Shown: positions 37,651-50,590 of the stretch, piece by piece
How positions within the stretch are numbered: position 1 is the stretch's first letter
Layout: every line of letters starts with the position of its first letter
Position numbers and translations under genes: made by a program
Assembly (NCBI RefSeq): GCF_006345805.1
Contig: NC_043005.1
Location: 62,992,001-63,056,000, forward strand
DNA from: Octopus sinensis
Taxonomy: Eukaryota
Length of the DNA stretch: 64,000 nt
Direction: 5' to 3'
Notes under the pieces: generated by a model
The model's input: only the letters and a program-made list of their open reading frames with translations
Databases searched by the model: none
What the model was told of the DNA's origin: nothing

Positions 37651-39256
37651 AGATACCTTGGCAGACAAAGCAATTAAGATATGAAGGTAAAAATGGCAAC
37701 TGATTCATCTGGGATAGTGAACAAAAGGTTGAAAATATCTTGCCAAGTAGATCAAAAACTGGTCATGCCTGAAGGTGTTATATGCAATGAGTGGCATAAC
37801 AGTATCAAACTGCTATAAGACATAGAGAGATGTTACAAAGAAGAAACTAGAGATATTAGGTTGATGAACCAGTTTATGAAAAATCACTCGAAGAATTATT
37901 GTGCAACTTATTAAGAACAAAATTTAACTTAAATGAACAGTAGTTTAAATTTGTTTGGTAAGCGGTCCTACATATACGTTGTTTCTAGTAAGACAGTTGC
38001 AGAAGTACTTAGCAAAGATGAAGTTGCTGCTTCTAGCATTCATTCACTGATCTGAAGATGCCTTTGTCAGGGTTTCAGGTTATGTATGTTGGTACTAGCT
38101 AAGAAGTCCAAGTGTAGAGAAACAGAATGAAATGGTCATATAAATCATATAGAGAGGTGTAGTTAGTAAGGAGGTAAGAATAAGTAGTGAATATAGCAAT
38201 GAATTTATTGTGCAAGTCAGGGCCCACTTGGATTTAATCCACAGTCCATTCTGTATATCATAGTCCTCCAGGTCTGAACAAGGAGTTTAAGAATGGGTAC
38301 TCATGAAAACTCTTCTATCCTAAAGACCTAGTTTTTATACCCAAATATGCAGTAGATTCAATGAAGAAATTCCAGACTTGGAAGCAAAACTTAGAATCAA
38401 GATGTCTGGAAGCTAATATAGCAAAAATTAACATTTTAATTTTAGTCAGTAGAAAAAGAAAGCAAGTTCTTATTGACAACAGAGAAATGGCCATGCTCAA
38501 TGTGCAGAAATGGAACAAGAAGATACTCTGCTCAGTGCAATGGTGTTAGCTACTGACACACAAGAGGTTCAGTGGGAGTATAAGCAAACTGATGGAGAAG
38601 GTAGACTTCATATATGACAATTCACAAGTACAATAAACACTTAGTGCATATGTGAAGTACCTGAAATTCTCCCAAATGCCAGGTGGTTCCTTATAGCTTA
38701 TGTTGCCTAATTAACGATAGAAGTGCATAGCAAATTGAGGTGGATAAAATTTAGGAAGCTATTACCTGCATTGGTAATAAAGGGCTTCTCTCTTTTAATG
38801 AAAGAAAGGTTTTATGATGTCTGTATATGCACTGCTATCATCATCATCATCGTCGTCGTCGTCATCATCATCATCGTCGTCATCGTCGTCATCGTCGTCA
38901 TTGTCGTCATTGTCGTCATCGTCATCATCATCGTCATCATCATCATCATCATTTAACATCTGCCTTCCTTGCTGGCATGGGTGAGATGGTTTGCCAGGAG
39001 CCCGCCAGGCAGAAGCCTGCACCAAACTTCTTTGAGAGAGTATGATCTACTGGATGTGTAATATTAATATGTATAGATGACTGAGCACAAATGAACAGAG
39101 AGAAAGATTGATATAAGAAGAATCAGGTGCAGTCTGAAGGAGAAAAGTTTGCAGTGGTACTGGCATATTATGCATGTGAAGATGGCAGGGTCCTATTAAT
39201 GGAATCTGAAGAAAAGGGAAACCTAGAAAGACATGGGGCAAAGTAGTGAAGACAAT
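37651..39256 (+). mobile_element. long decayed RTE LINE (RT to C-terminus), interrupted at 38837-39026
   Basis: LADKAIKDMK.., NEWHNSI.NCYK, SPFLYIIVLQ, KFQTWKQNLES, THKRFSG, then after the insert MCNINVY..IRRIRCSLKEKSLQWYWHIM..KPRKTWGKVVK. Confidence 0.75.
38837..39026 (-). mobile_element. short RTE-tail retroposon with expanded (GAT/GAC)n tail
   Basis: (CAT/CGT)n 38837-38951 then ttaacatctgccttccttgctggcatgggt...gcctgcacca, same as the 16210-16285 tail. Confidence 0.8.
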
Positions 39257-39264
39257 GTCAGGAT

Positions 39265-39497
39265 GTGGAGGCGCAATGGCCTAGTGGTTAGGGCAGCGGA
39301 CTTACGGTCGGAGGATCGCGGTTTCGATTCCCAGACCGGGCGTTGTGTGTGTTTATTGAGCGAAAACACCTAAAAGCTCCACGAGGCTCCGGCAGGAGGT
39401 GGTGATCCCTGCTGTACTCTTTCACCACTCTAAAGGCGGTGCTCCAGCATGGCCGCAGTCAAATGACTGAAACAAGTACAAAAAAAAAAAAAAAAAA
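39265..39497 (+). mobile_element. chimeric SINE: family-D head joined to family-A 3' end plus poly(A)
   Basis: gtggaggcgcaatggcctagtggttagg...ctgctgtactctttcaccactc | taaaggcggtgctccagcatggccgcagtcaaatgactgaaacaagtac then A18. Confidence 0.88.
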
Positions 39498-40989
39498 TGC
39501 TTGGCCTCACAAAAGAAAAAAAATGCAATGAATCATGATGATTGTTGAGATGCAATACTGGAGAAGACCCACTACCCATGCAGTCACAGTCATGGTGAAC
39601 TATTATGTGATGCCTCCTGTATCTTTGATATCCTCCTCTCTACCACACATCTTTCTATCATTTACTGTCTTCCTATATATCTGCTCTCTTGTATTCATTA
39701 TGTCATGCTATGGCACTTCTGTAACTAACAATGGCATGGGATCTGTAATACTCTATAATCTCCTTGATACACACTTCTTTTCAGTGCATCAGGTTACCTG
39801 AGTAACAAGGGATGGCACTAGGATTGTCCAACTTAATCAGTCCTTTCCAACCAGCATCCCTTACACTCTGCCTCTCTCATCAAGACATCAATGTGTGAAG
39901 AAATGTACTTGATCTATATGTAAATAATACACCCTACCATCACCTTCTTGAGATACCAGTCAACCATTATTCTGTTATTGTCATGCCACCACTGTTTCCT
40001 GTCTGTTGCACCCAGTCATTACTGTCTCTCTTCCATTACTCCCTCTGTTTTGCTTTTCAAACTCCCACTCCCTTCATGCATTCACCTTAGTTTTATATTT
40101 TGTTCCCCTTCCTGTCTACTCTTTTGGGCACATTACCTTGGACAAAAAGGGATGCCATAGTGTAGTAAGGATTCTCAACCTTGTAGGGCATCTTTCCATC
40201 TACTTTACGGTGTAAAATAGATGGTAAATGAATGGAGGCGTCATAGGGCCAAGTGCATTCTTTAGTCTAGATGAAGGCATGACAATGTCTCTAATGTTGG
40301 TGCCAGAATAATCTACATCCAGTACACTCTGTAAAATAGTTGGTGTTAGGAAAAGCTTCCAACCACTGAAACAATGCCAAAATTAGAACACATTAAATGT
40401 GGTCTGCTGGCCAATCAGAAGAGTAAGGACTCTGAATAAAAACTTACTCAGAATGTGATCACATGTCAGTATAAAAACAGATGTACATTGTATTATGATA
40501 ATATTTTATTTATTTTGATATTATATTTTCTTGATGATGATGATGATCATCATCATCATCGTCATAGATAGCTAATCTGCTTATTGACACATTATTCCAA
40601 ATAGAGTATAATTCAGGTCATGTGAAATGAAACTTCATAAAAATAAATGTAAAAGTAACACATGCCTCTATTATTATCTGTTTGGACCAATGAAGATTAT
40701 AGTGATAGTATAGTGACTATAATAATGCAGTAGCATGAAATTGAAATATATAATTTACATACTGATAGATATATATGCAGACATATAAGTAAATCTTGTC
40801 TGTGTAAATGTATATCAAGATGTGCATACATGTATGCATACATGCATACACAGACACACGTGTGTATATGTGTGTGTGCATGTGCATGCATAAGTATGTA
40901 TTAGAAAATAATATTTCAAAAGAGAATTTAATGATAAACCTGTGTGAAATTACAAATATGCTGATTAATAGCTTATCTTGTATGATGAT

Positions 40990-41240
40990 CTTAGGGGTAT
41001 TTTGCCAAATTCACCCTATGTTAAATTGGTGAGTAAATTGGACACAACTTGTATGTTGTATTCATCATGTAATTATCACTTGGTAGTCCCATATCCATTT
41101 GTATACATGTATCAATTGTCAGAAAGTGTCCTGGTAGAGTAATAATTAGCAATGATTGCCTCATACAGGCATGTACAGCTTCATTCCAGCTTAGATGTTC
41201 ATCATTAATTATATATCTAAATGCCAAGTCGCTGGCTGTG
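40990..41240 (-). mobile_element. decayed L2/CR1-type LINE fragment
   Basis: FRYIINDEHLSWNEAVHAC...GHFLTIDTCIQM resembles LG.IIDE.LSW..H...V.....LR.FL..D.L..MY. Confidence 0.45.
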
Positions 41241-41284
41241 ACGATAAGATACTGTACAATATACAAAACAGTATTTAGAATTTG

Positions 41285-41680
41285 TTTCACCACATGATTC
41301 CAAGTTCAGTCCCACTGCGAGGCACCTTGGGCGAGTTTCTTCTACTATAGCCTCGGGCTGACCACCAAAGATTTGCGAGTGTATTTGGTAGAGGGAAACA
41401 TTGTATATGTTTGTGCGTGTGTGTGTCTGTGTGTGTGTGTGTGAGTGTGTGTCTTTGTGTCTGTGTTTGTCCCCCCACGTCATCACCTGATAACCGGTGT
41501 TGGTATGTTTATGTCCCCATAACATAGCAGTTCAGCAAAAGTGACTGATAGAATAAATACCAGGCTTAGAAAAATAAGTCCTGGGGTTGTTTTATTCAAT
41601 TAAAATCCTTCAAGGTGGTGCTCCAGCGATGCTGTAGTCAAATGACTGAAACAAGTAAAAAGAATAAAAGAATAAAAGAA
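41285..41680 (+). mobile_element. family-A SINE
   Basis: ccacatgattccaagttcagtcccactgc..caccttgggc...ggtgctccagc...aatgactgaaacaagtaaaaagaataaaaga. Confidence 0.9.
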
Positions 41681-41976
41681 AATATTCTGAGTTCAAATCC
41701 TACCAAAATTGACTTAGCCCTTCATTGCCTTGAATGTGATAAATACCAGTAATATTCACGAGTTAATTTAATTGATTGCCCACCCCTTATGTATTTCTTG
41801 TACATGTGATAAATGGGAAATATTATTTGCACATTTGGATTACAAATCCAAAACAACTAACTTTATTTTGACAAAAAAATATATTATTTTTAATAAAGCA
41901 TATGCTCATATACTGAGACACACTGACATACATATTGAGCATGTAATTGTATTAATAAGTACATACACACATAAGA

Positions 41977-42231
41977 CAGTGAGCTGGCAGAATCATTGAC
42001 ACACCAGGTGAAATACTTACTCTCTTTTACTTCTTTCAGTCATTTGACTGCGGCCATGCTGGAGCACCGCCTTTAATCGAGCAACTCAACCCTGGGACTT
42101 ATTCTTTGTAAGCCCAGTACTTATTCTATCGGTCTCTTTTGCCGAACCACTAAGTGAAGGGGACATAAACACACCAGCATCGGTTGTCAAGCGATGTTGG
42201 ATGGGACAAACACAGACACACAAACATACAT

Positions 42232-42288
<57 letters not shown>

Positions 42289-42625
42289 CATATATATGAC
42301 GGGCTTCTTTCAGTTTCTGTCTCCCAAATCCACTCACAAGGCTTTGATTGGCCCGAGGCTACAGTAGAAGACACTTGCCCAAGGTGTCATGCAGTGGGAC
42401 TGAACCCGGAACCATGTGGCTGGTAAACAAGCTACTTACCACAGAGCCACTTAGCAACATTTTGTCCATCTTTAAGTTCTAAATTCAAATTCTGCTGGGT
42501 TGATTTGCTTTTCCTCCTTTCGGAGTTGATAAAATTAGTACCAGTTGAGCACTGGGGTTGATGCAGTGAACTTAACCCCAGACCCCAAATTGCTGGTTTT
42601 ATGTCACAATTTGAAATCAAATATG
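41977..42625 (+). mobile_element. family-B SINE split by a family-A insertion
   Basis: gtgagctggcagaatcattgacacaccaggtgaaatactta | insert | cttagcaacatt..ttcaaattc..ctcctttcggagttgataaa..taccagttgagcactgggg; actta duplicated at 42015 and 42449. Confidence 0.8.
42020..42448 (-). mobile_element. family-A SINE, near full length, young
   Basis: Complete head-body-tail on the minus strand with (CA)n/(TA)n core; many CpGs retained. Confidence 0.95.
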
Positions 42626-42725
42626 TACACATATATGTAGAGATGTGTTTATGTTATGTGTAGTGATGTTTATGTTAGTCAATTTTTATATACATGATTG
42701 TTTACAAACATTACATACATAGTTG

Positions 42726-43150
42726 CAGGCATGACTGTGTGGTAAGAAGCTTGCTTCTCAACTACAGGGTCCTGGGTTTAGGCTATAATAAAAATACCTA
42801 GGGCAAGTATTTTCTATTATAGCCTGAAGCCAACCAAAGCCTTGTGAGTGGATTTGTTCGATTGAAATTGAAAGAAGCCTGTCCTATATATATGAGTGCG
42901 TGTGTGTGTGTGTGGGGGGGGTATGTGCACGTGTGTGTGTCTTTCTGTCTGTGTTTGTCCCTCCACCCCCACTTGAGAACCAGTGTTGGTGTATTTGCAT
43001 CCCTATAATTTTGTAGTTCGGTAAAAGTGATCCCTAGAATAAGTAATAGGCTTCAAAAATAAGTACTGGAGTTGATTCATTAGACTAATAATTCAAGGCA
43101 GTACTCCAGCATGGTCACAGTCTAATGACTGAAGCAATTGAGAGATGACA
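42726..43150 (+). mobile_element. family-A SINE, diverged
   Basis: ggcatgactgtgtggtaagaagcttgctt...gggcaagt...ctccagcatggtcacagtctaatgactgaa. Confidence 0.9.
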
Positions 43151-43255
43151 GAGACTATCTAGGCTGATGTATAAAGTGACCTGAAAACTGCTATACAAAC
43201 AGCATACTGAGCATTATACTCATATGGTGCATACTTGAAAATATATAAATGATAG

Positions 43256-43307
<52 letters not shown>

Positions 43308-43311
43308 CATT

Positions 43312-43608
43312 GTGACTGATCAGGCTATCAGATGTTGCTACACATTGCTGGTCACAATGCGCTTCGCATTGTTTTAGCCTTAAAATGATGCCACCCCACT
43401 GGCTAAGCGAGCAGGCCAACAGAAGAAAGAATGAGAGAAAGTTGTGGCGAAAGAGTACAGCAGGGTTCGCCACCACCCCCTGCCGGAGCCTCGTAGAGAT
43501 TTTGATGTTTTTGCTCAATAAACACTCACAACACCCGGTCTGGGAATCGAAACTGCGATCTTATGACTGCAAGTTCGCTGCACTAACCACTGTGCCATTG
43601 CGCCTCCA
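43312..43608 (-). mobile_element. family-D SINE, third tail type
   Basis: Minus head tggaggcgcaatggcacagtggttag..tttcgattcccagaccggg; body shared with 39265; tail catcattttaaggctaaaacaatgcgaagcgcattgtgacc. Confidence 0.88.
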
Positions 43609-43831
43609 AATATATATATTTATATACACATACATACATGCACACACACACACACACACATATATGTATATATTTATATATATATGTATATATTTGGGGA
43701 GTGAGAGCAAATTTTTTAATTATGTAAAAATACAAAAGAGGATTTTACAAGTGTCTTTGAAAGATATATAAAATTCCTTTCAGAATATTTGAAGTTCACC
43801 GCACTCATATTTGATTCTTATTTCCATCATA

Positions 43832-44432
43832 TTAATCATTTAGCATTTGAACAGGTCATATCCAGCCCAAATATTCTACCTGTTTTATGTTGAAACCAGC
43901 TGGATCTGGCCTCTCATATCTATCCTCCAGTGCCATTCTAAAAATATATATAGGCACAGGAGTGGGTTTGTGGTAAGTAGCTTGCTTACCAACCACATGG
44001 TTCCGGGTTCAGTCCCACAGCTTGGTACCTTGGGCAAGTGCCTTCTACTATAGCCTTAGGCCAACCAAAGCCTTGTGAGTGGATTTGGTAGATGGAAACT
44101 GAAAGAAGCCCGTCGTATATATGTATATGTATATATATATGTGTGTGTGTGTGTGTTTGTCCCCCCAACATCACTTGGGGCTGGTGTGTTTACGTCCCCG
44201 TAACTTAGCGGTTCGGCAAAAGAGACCGATAGAATAAGTCCTGGGGTCGATTTGCTCGACTAAAGGTGGTGCTCCAGCATGGCCGCAGTCAAATGACTGA
44301 AACAAGTAAAAGAGTAAAGAGTATTCACATCATTAAAATCATAATGTTACAAAATAATGCAAGATTAATTCAAAACAATGTGAATAAACAAGCATTAAGC
44401 TTGACAGAATTTTCTGAATCCTAAAAGGTTAA
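43832..44432. mobile_element. piggyBac-like MITE interrupted by a SINE
   Basis: ttaatcatttagcatt (43832) is approximately inverted in aatcctaaaaggttaa (to 44432); TTAA at both ends. Confidence 0.55.
43951..44323 (+). mobile_element. family-A SINE, young, with short deletion between gaataagt repeats
   Basis: Full head to aaacaagtaaaagagtaaagagta tail; gatagaataagt joins cctggggtcg. Confidence 0.95.
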
Positions 44433-44890
44433 AGAGATGAAAATTAAACTGACTCCTGAACAGGACTCAAATCTATCTCAGATATCAGTGGTAGGTGCAG
44501 TTATCTATGATAACTGTATCTCAAGATGCAGTTAAAGTTTGCACAGCGAGCCAGTGAAACAACAGAATCCAGCCAGAGCTGTTTTAGCAATGGGTGCAGC
44601 CCAGTAAAGGTGACAGGACATGAATTGATAGCTTCTTGGCTAGCTGTTCATTGCTTTTTCAACTTTCAAAAGATACATACATAATGTTAAATGCACATTT
44701 TTAACAGAAATATGCATATGAGTGTCAGTATATATGTGCATGCCTTATAACAAATGAAGATTTAATTTTACTTTTGAGCTAAAGTCCAGGTTGATACATA
44801 TGTCAAAACACTCTCATTCAAGAATATTAAAGCACCCACATTTTATTAAATATGCAATGTGCACATGTGTATCAATCTGAACACTTTATA

Positions 44891-45305
44891 TTATTCTTTT
44901 ATTCTTTTATTTGTTTTAGTCATTTGACTGTGGCCATGCTGGAGCACTGCCTTTAGTTGAGCAAATCGACCCCAGGACTTATTCTTTGTAAGCCTAGTAC
45001 TTATTGTATTGGTCTCTCTTGCCGAACCGCTAAGTGACGGGGACGTAAACACACCAGCATCGGTTGTCAAGCGATGTTGGGGGGGACAAACACAGACACA
45101 CAAACATATACATACACATATATACATATATATATATACATATACACAACGGGCTTCTTTCAGTTTCTGTCTACCAAATCCACTCACAAGGCCTTGGTCA
45201 GCCCGGGGCTATAGTAGAAGACACTTGCCCAAGGTGCCATGTAGTGGGACTGAACCTGGAACCATGTGGTTGGTAAGCAAGCTACTTATCACACAGTCAC
45301 TCCTG
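44891..45305 (-). mobile_element. family-A SINE, full length
   Basis: Reverse complement of the 43951 copy including the segment that copy lacks. Confidence 0.95.
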
Positions 45306-46012
45306 AAAACAATGAAACATCTTTGCATATACAATGTAAAAATTTTACTTGTAAACATAAAGATAATGACAGTATAATAATCAGTTTATGATTGTTAATT
45401 TCATTAAAACTGTCATAGGTAGCATGTTAGGTTTAATTTGATTCATCAGCATTTCTTTGTAGAGTCATTAGTTGATGAGTGTTCCAAAAGAATCCTCTCA
45501 ATCTTCATATTTATTAATGAAGTGCAATGAGATAGTAATTACCCATTATACTGGTAAAGGTGTTTAGGTACATTACCACTAATCTTCATTGTCCTAAAAA
45601 GTATCTGCTTCAATATATAATGTTATTACAGATAGCATAATGTACTGAAATTCCTTCCCACTGGTAGGAACTGGGGCTCACACAAAATAGCAAATAGCCT
45701 AAAACGTTTATGTTATATTTTCCATAAACATGAGTCAATTAGTTATGTTTTTGAAGAAGTACTTGCTAACATTCCTATCTTGGATGTTTCAAAAGTATGA
45801 ACACTCATTAAAGATAATTCAAATCCACTCTGGGTGATAAAAATGTAGAACGCTTTTATATAAGGAAGGAAATGTTTTTATACAGTAAGCAATGCATGCA
45901 TTTATTCTTTTAGAAATACACAGTATACATGTTGATATATCTAATCTACAAACAACAACAGTCTCCATATGAATGAAAATATATAGGAACTTCCTGGGGG
46001 TAAATTCTTATA

Positions 46013-46250
46013 TCATCATCATCATCCAGTGTTTTGAATCCAGGTTTTGTCCCTGTTAACGGGGGTGGCTGGATCTCCCTCAATGCCATAGCATCCACAC
46101 TCACACCATCTCACCATCTTGTCCAGTTTTGGGCGCCCTCCCTTCTCAAGCCAACCCTCTCAATCTCCTCCTCCATCTGTCCCCTCCATGTTTTCCTTGG
46201 TCTACCTCCCTATATATCTTGAAAAATTCAATGTCCTTTTACTTTCAACT
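46013..46250 (-). mobile_element. 3' end of a second RTE subfamily
   Basis: GGRPRKTWRDRW.EEIERVGLRREGAQNWTRW*DGV...TGTKPGFKTLDDDD running into a (GAT)n tail. Confidence 0.7.
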
Positions 46251-46572
46251 AAGGTACATTATGTAAATTACTACTAGTGAGTTTTATGAGATCTTAGCAT
46301 TTTTCTTTCTACATAGAGCAACAATGAATAAAACATGATATATTGTATACATCATTCAGTGAAGTAATTTGAAAAATGGTGAAGTAATTTCTCCAAACAT
46401 ACAATGACCATCTTAAATATTAGTCATTACATACATTTTCCTAACACGTGCTTCTGTTTGCAAGTCTATCCACATGTCAGCACATGCTGCACGATTGTGG
46501 AATACATAACATTTAAAGTGAACAATTTGTTAGCTTATGTTTGTTCTTTTTTTATATATATATATATATATA

Positions 46573-46965
46573 TTACACTTTTACTCTTTTACTTGTTTCA
46601 GTCATTTGACTGCGGCCATGCTGGAGCACCGCCTTTTTAATCGAGCAACTCGACCCCAGGACTTATTCTTTGTAAGCACAGTTCTTATTCTATCGGTCTC
46701 TTTTGCCGAACTGCTTAGTGATGGGGACGTAAACACACCAGCATCAGTTGTCAAGCAATGCTAGGGGGACAAACACACACACACACACATATATATATAC
46801 ATATATACGACAGGCTTCTTTCAGTTTCCGTCTACCAAATCCACTCACAAGGCATTGGTCGGCCCGGGGCTATAGCAGAAGACGCTTGCCCAAGATGCCA
46901 CGCACTGGGACTGAACCCGGAACCATGTGGTTGGTAAACAAGCTACTTACCACACAGCCACTCCC
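46573..46965 (-). mobile_element. family-A SINE, full length
   Basis: cttgtttcagtcatttgactgcggccatgctggagcaccgcc...gggactgaacccggaaccatgtgg..cacacagccactcc; followed by (TACA)n to about 47070. Confidence 0.95.
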
Positions 46966-46988
46966 TATATATATATCATCATCATCAC

Positions 46989-47019
<31 letters not shown>

Positions 47020-47452
47020 CATACATACATACATACATACATACATACATACATACATACATACATGCATACATACTGTTATATTTTGGGATGGTCAGTT
47101 TTTTTTGCTAAATAAACACATGCACTACATATTTATTCTTCAATCGTTTATTAATGTTCTTATTTTATCTTATGTTGATTGACTGGAAATCTTTTGTCAT
47201 ACATCTGTGACCTCTTTGGTGACCCTTTCTGTCCACGTGTATCCTTCTGCTCCACTTAGTCTATTCTAATATATACCTCATTAGCACATGCTGGACACAT
47301 GTATAACAACAACCACCACTTTATCCTTGGTATGCAAAATGTATTACTGGGAATATAGCTGAACACATGCATACACAAAAGTCTTCTCTCTGACATATTA
47401 TAAATAATATTTCAATGAATAGTGACAAAAGAGAAAAAAAGAACTACATATA

Positions 47453-47812
47453 GCACCACCTTTAGCTGAGTAAATCGACCCCAGGACTTATTCTTTGGAA
47501 GCAAAGTAGTTATTATATTGGTCTTCTCTTATGCCGAACCACTAAGTTACGGGGATGTAAACACACCACCATTGGTTGTCAAACGATGTTGGGGGGACAA
47601 ACACAGACATACAAACATATACACACACATACATATACATATATACAGCGGGCTTCTTTTAGTTTCCATCTACCAAAATCCACTCACAAGGCTTTGGTCG
47701 GCCTGAGGCTATAGTACAAGACACTTGCCCAAGGTGCCACCCAGTGGGACTGAACCTGGAACCATGTGGTTGGTAAGCAAGCTACTTATCACACAGCCAC
47801 TCCTGTGCCTAT
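47453..47812 (-). mobile_element. family-A SINE lacking the extreme 3' tail
   Basis: gcaccacctttagctgagtaaatcgacccc ... cacacagccactcctgtgcctata. Confidence 0.92.
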
Positions 47813-48427
47813 ATATTAAAAAATAGTGAAATTTTTCTACTGTATTTGAGTTCTACTGTATTTAATGTAATTTGTTATTATCTTATTAGCTATGTATGAA
47901 CCTGTATGTGTGTGTATGTATTAAACCAGTATCAAAGTTTTATACTACAATTATAAAAAGGACCTAAAAATCATTGGAAAAAAGTTCATTCATTTTGAAA
48001 TGTAGCATCTTTTATAATTCAGAGTTGCTGTTTCTTTAAAAGAATTTTAAGAATTAGTATTATAAGATTTCTTCACTTTGTTTGGAAATAGGTAAATAAG
48101 AAAAATTAAATGTAGAATTCATGCAACTCGAAAATTCATAATCAAATAATGTTCTGGGTATTTATGAAGATAAATTAATGACTGGATATCAAATGCAAAA
48201 GAAGTATGCGATTATATGGCCAGTTTGGGCTCAAAATGGAGAGAACTGAATAAGAAGTAGAGAATTATGTGTTCAAAGTACACAGTAAAGTTTATACTAA
48301 GCTTAAATCCCTTATACGTATGCTTGTATAAGTAAATACTAGATATTTGAATGTATTGAAACAGTAAATGGTCCATTTCAATAATAGAATGCACTATATT
48401 TAATGCTAGTAGTTGACTTTTGCTACA

Positions 48428-48459
<32 letters not shown>

Positions 48460-48462
48460 GTA

Positions 48463-48822
48463 TATGACCTGCTGTGCTTGAGGAGACATATTGAGTCAAG
48501 TACATCAACATCAAAACAAAAATCAAATGGAAATTGTAGTTGTGATACCCATACTGGTGGCACATAAAAAGCACCACCTGACCATGGCCGATGCCAGTGC
48601 CACCTTGACTCCTTCCATGCTGGTGGCACATAAAAAGTACCCACTACACTCATGGAGTGGTTGGCGTTAGGAAGGACATCCAGCTGTAGAAACACTACCA
48701 GGTCAGACTGGAGCCTGGTGCAACCTCCTGGCTTCCCAGACCCCCAGTTGAACCGTTTAGCCCATGCTAGCATGGAAAACGGACGTTAAACGATATTGAT
48801 GATGATGATGATGATGATGATG
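48463..48822 (+). mobile_element. RTE 3' UTR-only insertion with (GAT)n tail
   Basis: Reverse complement of about 16190-16700: ggcacataaaaagcacc units, gttaggaaggacatccagctgtagaaac, catgctagcatggaaaacggacgttaaacga; embedded in (TA)n. Confidence 0.85.
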
Positions 48823-48888
<66 letters not shown>

Positions 48889-50557
48889 TATATATACATA
48901 TAGTTTTGTACAAACATTAAAATGTAGAAAACGAAATGATTAAGGACTGCCATTGTATGAATTATTTACCCACAAAAGACCAAAATGAATTTCTACTGGG
49001 ATTGCTGTAAATGTGGCTGACAATGTAAGTGTAAATGCTGTAAAAGTAAAGGACAATGACAAAGATAACTGTGGAAATTACAGGATAACACAACACAACC
49101 AAAAAGGCACCTGCAATGTTTACAACCATGTCACAATACAAACATTAGCATCTGTAATCACGTTATCAGCATTCATTAAGTATTTTCCTATATAAAATGG
49201 CTATATTGAATGTCATGGTGCTTAGTAAAAAGTGGTCCAAAACTAGCAACATTAAAAAGCACAAAGAATCTCCTCACGGCATAAGTATTTATGAAAGAGA
49301 AAGAAGCAGAGTGAGAAAGAGAAAGGGAAAGAGAGAGAGAGAGAGAGATGGTGAGAGGGAGAGAGAGAGTGTGAGAGGGACATAATGTATATGAAATCTT
49401 GTATAAGAGTACTTACTCAAATACTAAACTATAGCTTTTAAACATCTGGGTAACTTCCTGAATTGTGGCCTTGTCTCTGCTTGGTTTCATTCATCCGTCT
49501 GTTCATTCATTGATGTCATTCATTCAGTCCTTCAGTCACTCATACATGCACAGGTATATGGTAGTTGTGAACTCATTATGGGTTAAATTTAGTGCTCCTT
49601 TCTTCTTTCCTAACCCTTGCTACCTTCGAAAATGGATGTTAAACGATGATGATGAATGCCTCCTTGTTGATGCTGATATGCATCAATATGACAAAAAATA
49701 GATTCCATCCCATAGACACTAATGGTATTTCAATGGACAATGGAACCACATGGGTAACTGGATAAGCATGACTGCTCACAACTCTGTGCTACACTTTTAA
49801 GGCATTCATGAACTAGGGATTCTTGCAGATATTTATGAGCTGTGACCACCACAACCAAAAATCTGCCATCACTTTGTGTCTCCAAGAATATCATATCTTA
49901 AGAAAAAGAAAAAAAAAATGGGGCAAAAAGTACCAACAAATCATATTTCATAATGACAGTCACTTAAGTGACCTGTATGACACTCTCTAACTGTTGGAAC
50001 AGTTAGACTAGCAACATCAACAACAACAACAAAACAGAAATAAGAAAAATAATAAGATGACTAGCAACTACAAAAATACAAATTTTAAGTATCCTTCTTC
50101 TCTGACCACTTATATGTACATGTAAATACAAATATAGATGCACGTGTATATATATTTCTATTTACATGTGTATGTATATAAATGCATGGAAGAAGTATTC
50201 AGTTGGTAATTGATCCTTGACTTCAGCTGTTTGACAGTTTTGTTTCCCATTTCATAGGATGTCCTAAAAGTCACCTTCCTTATCAAGCAGTTGTGGTAAA
50301 GTTGTCGGTTTAATCACCAACAGCTTGACCATGCACAAGTTGTACCGGCTTACATAATTGTCAGTCACAAGTCTCCACCTATCAGCTCTCTACCTATCAT
50401 AAATATAAACACACAGCACACAGATTCATATATATACTCAACAGTAAGATGTTTATTGTGCTGAGAGAACGTGCACCAAATTTTTATCCCCACTGCAGCT
50501 GCTCCTCTTGTACTCATCCACCATACCCCTCTCTCGTGTATATGTATATGTGCATCT

Positions 50558-50590
<33 letters not shown>

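Noticed and set aside
38795-39045. Poly-Asp and poly-His/Arg ORFs
   Set aside because: Translation of the retroposon (GAT/GAC)n tail
39265-39340. tRNA gene (also the heads at about 14800, 17320, 20500, 43540 and 54140)
   Set aside because: A and B boxes are present, but I could not fold a proper acceptor stem and each runs directly into a SINE body
41021-41293. C-type-lectin-like peptide (LSWNEAVHAC)
   Set aside because: Lacks WIGL and the downstream cysteines; IINDEHLSWNE fits the L2/CR1 motif IIDE.LSW..H better
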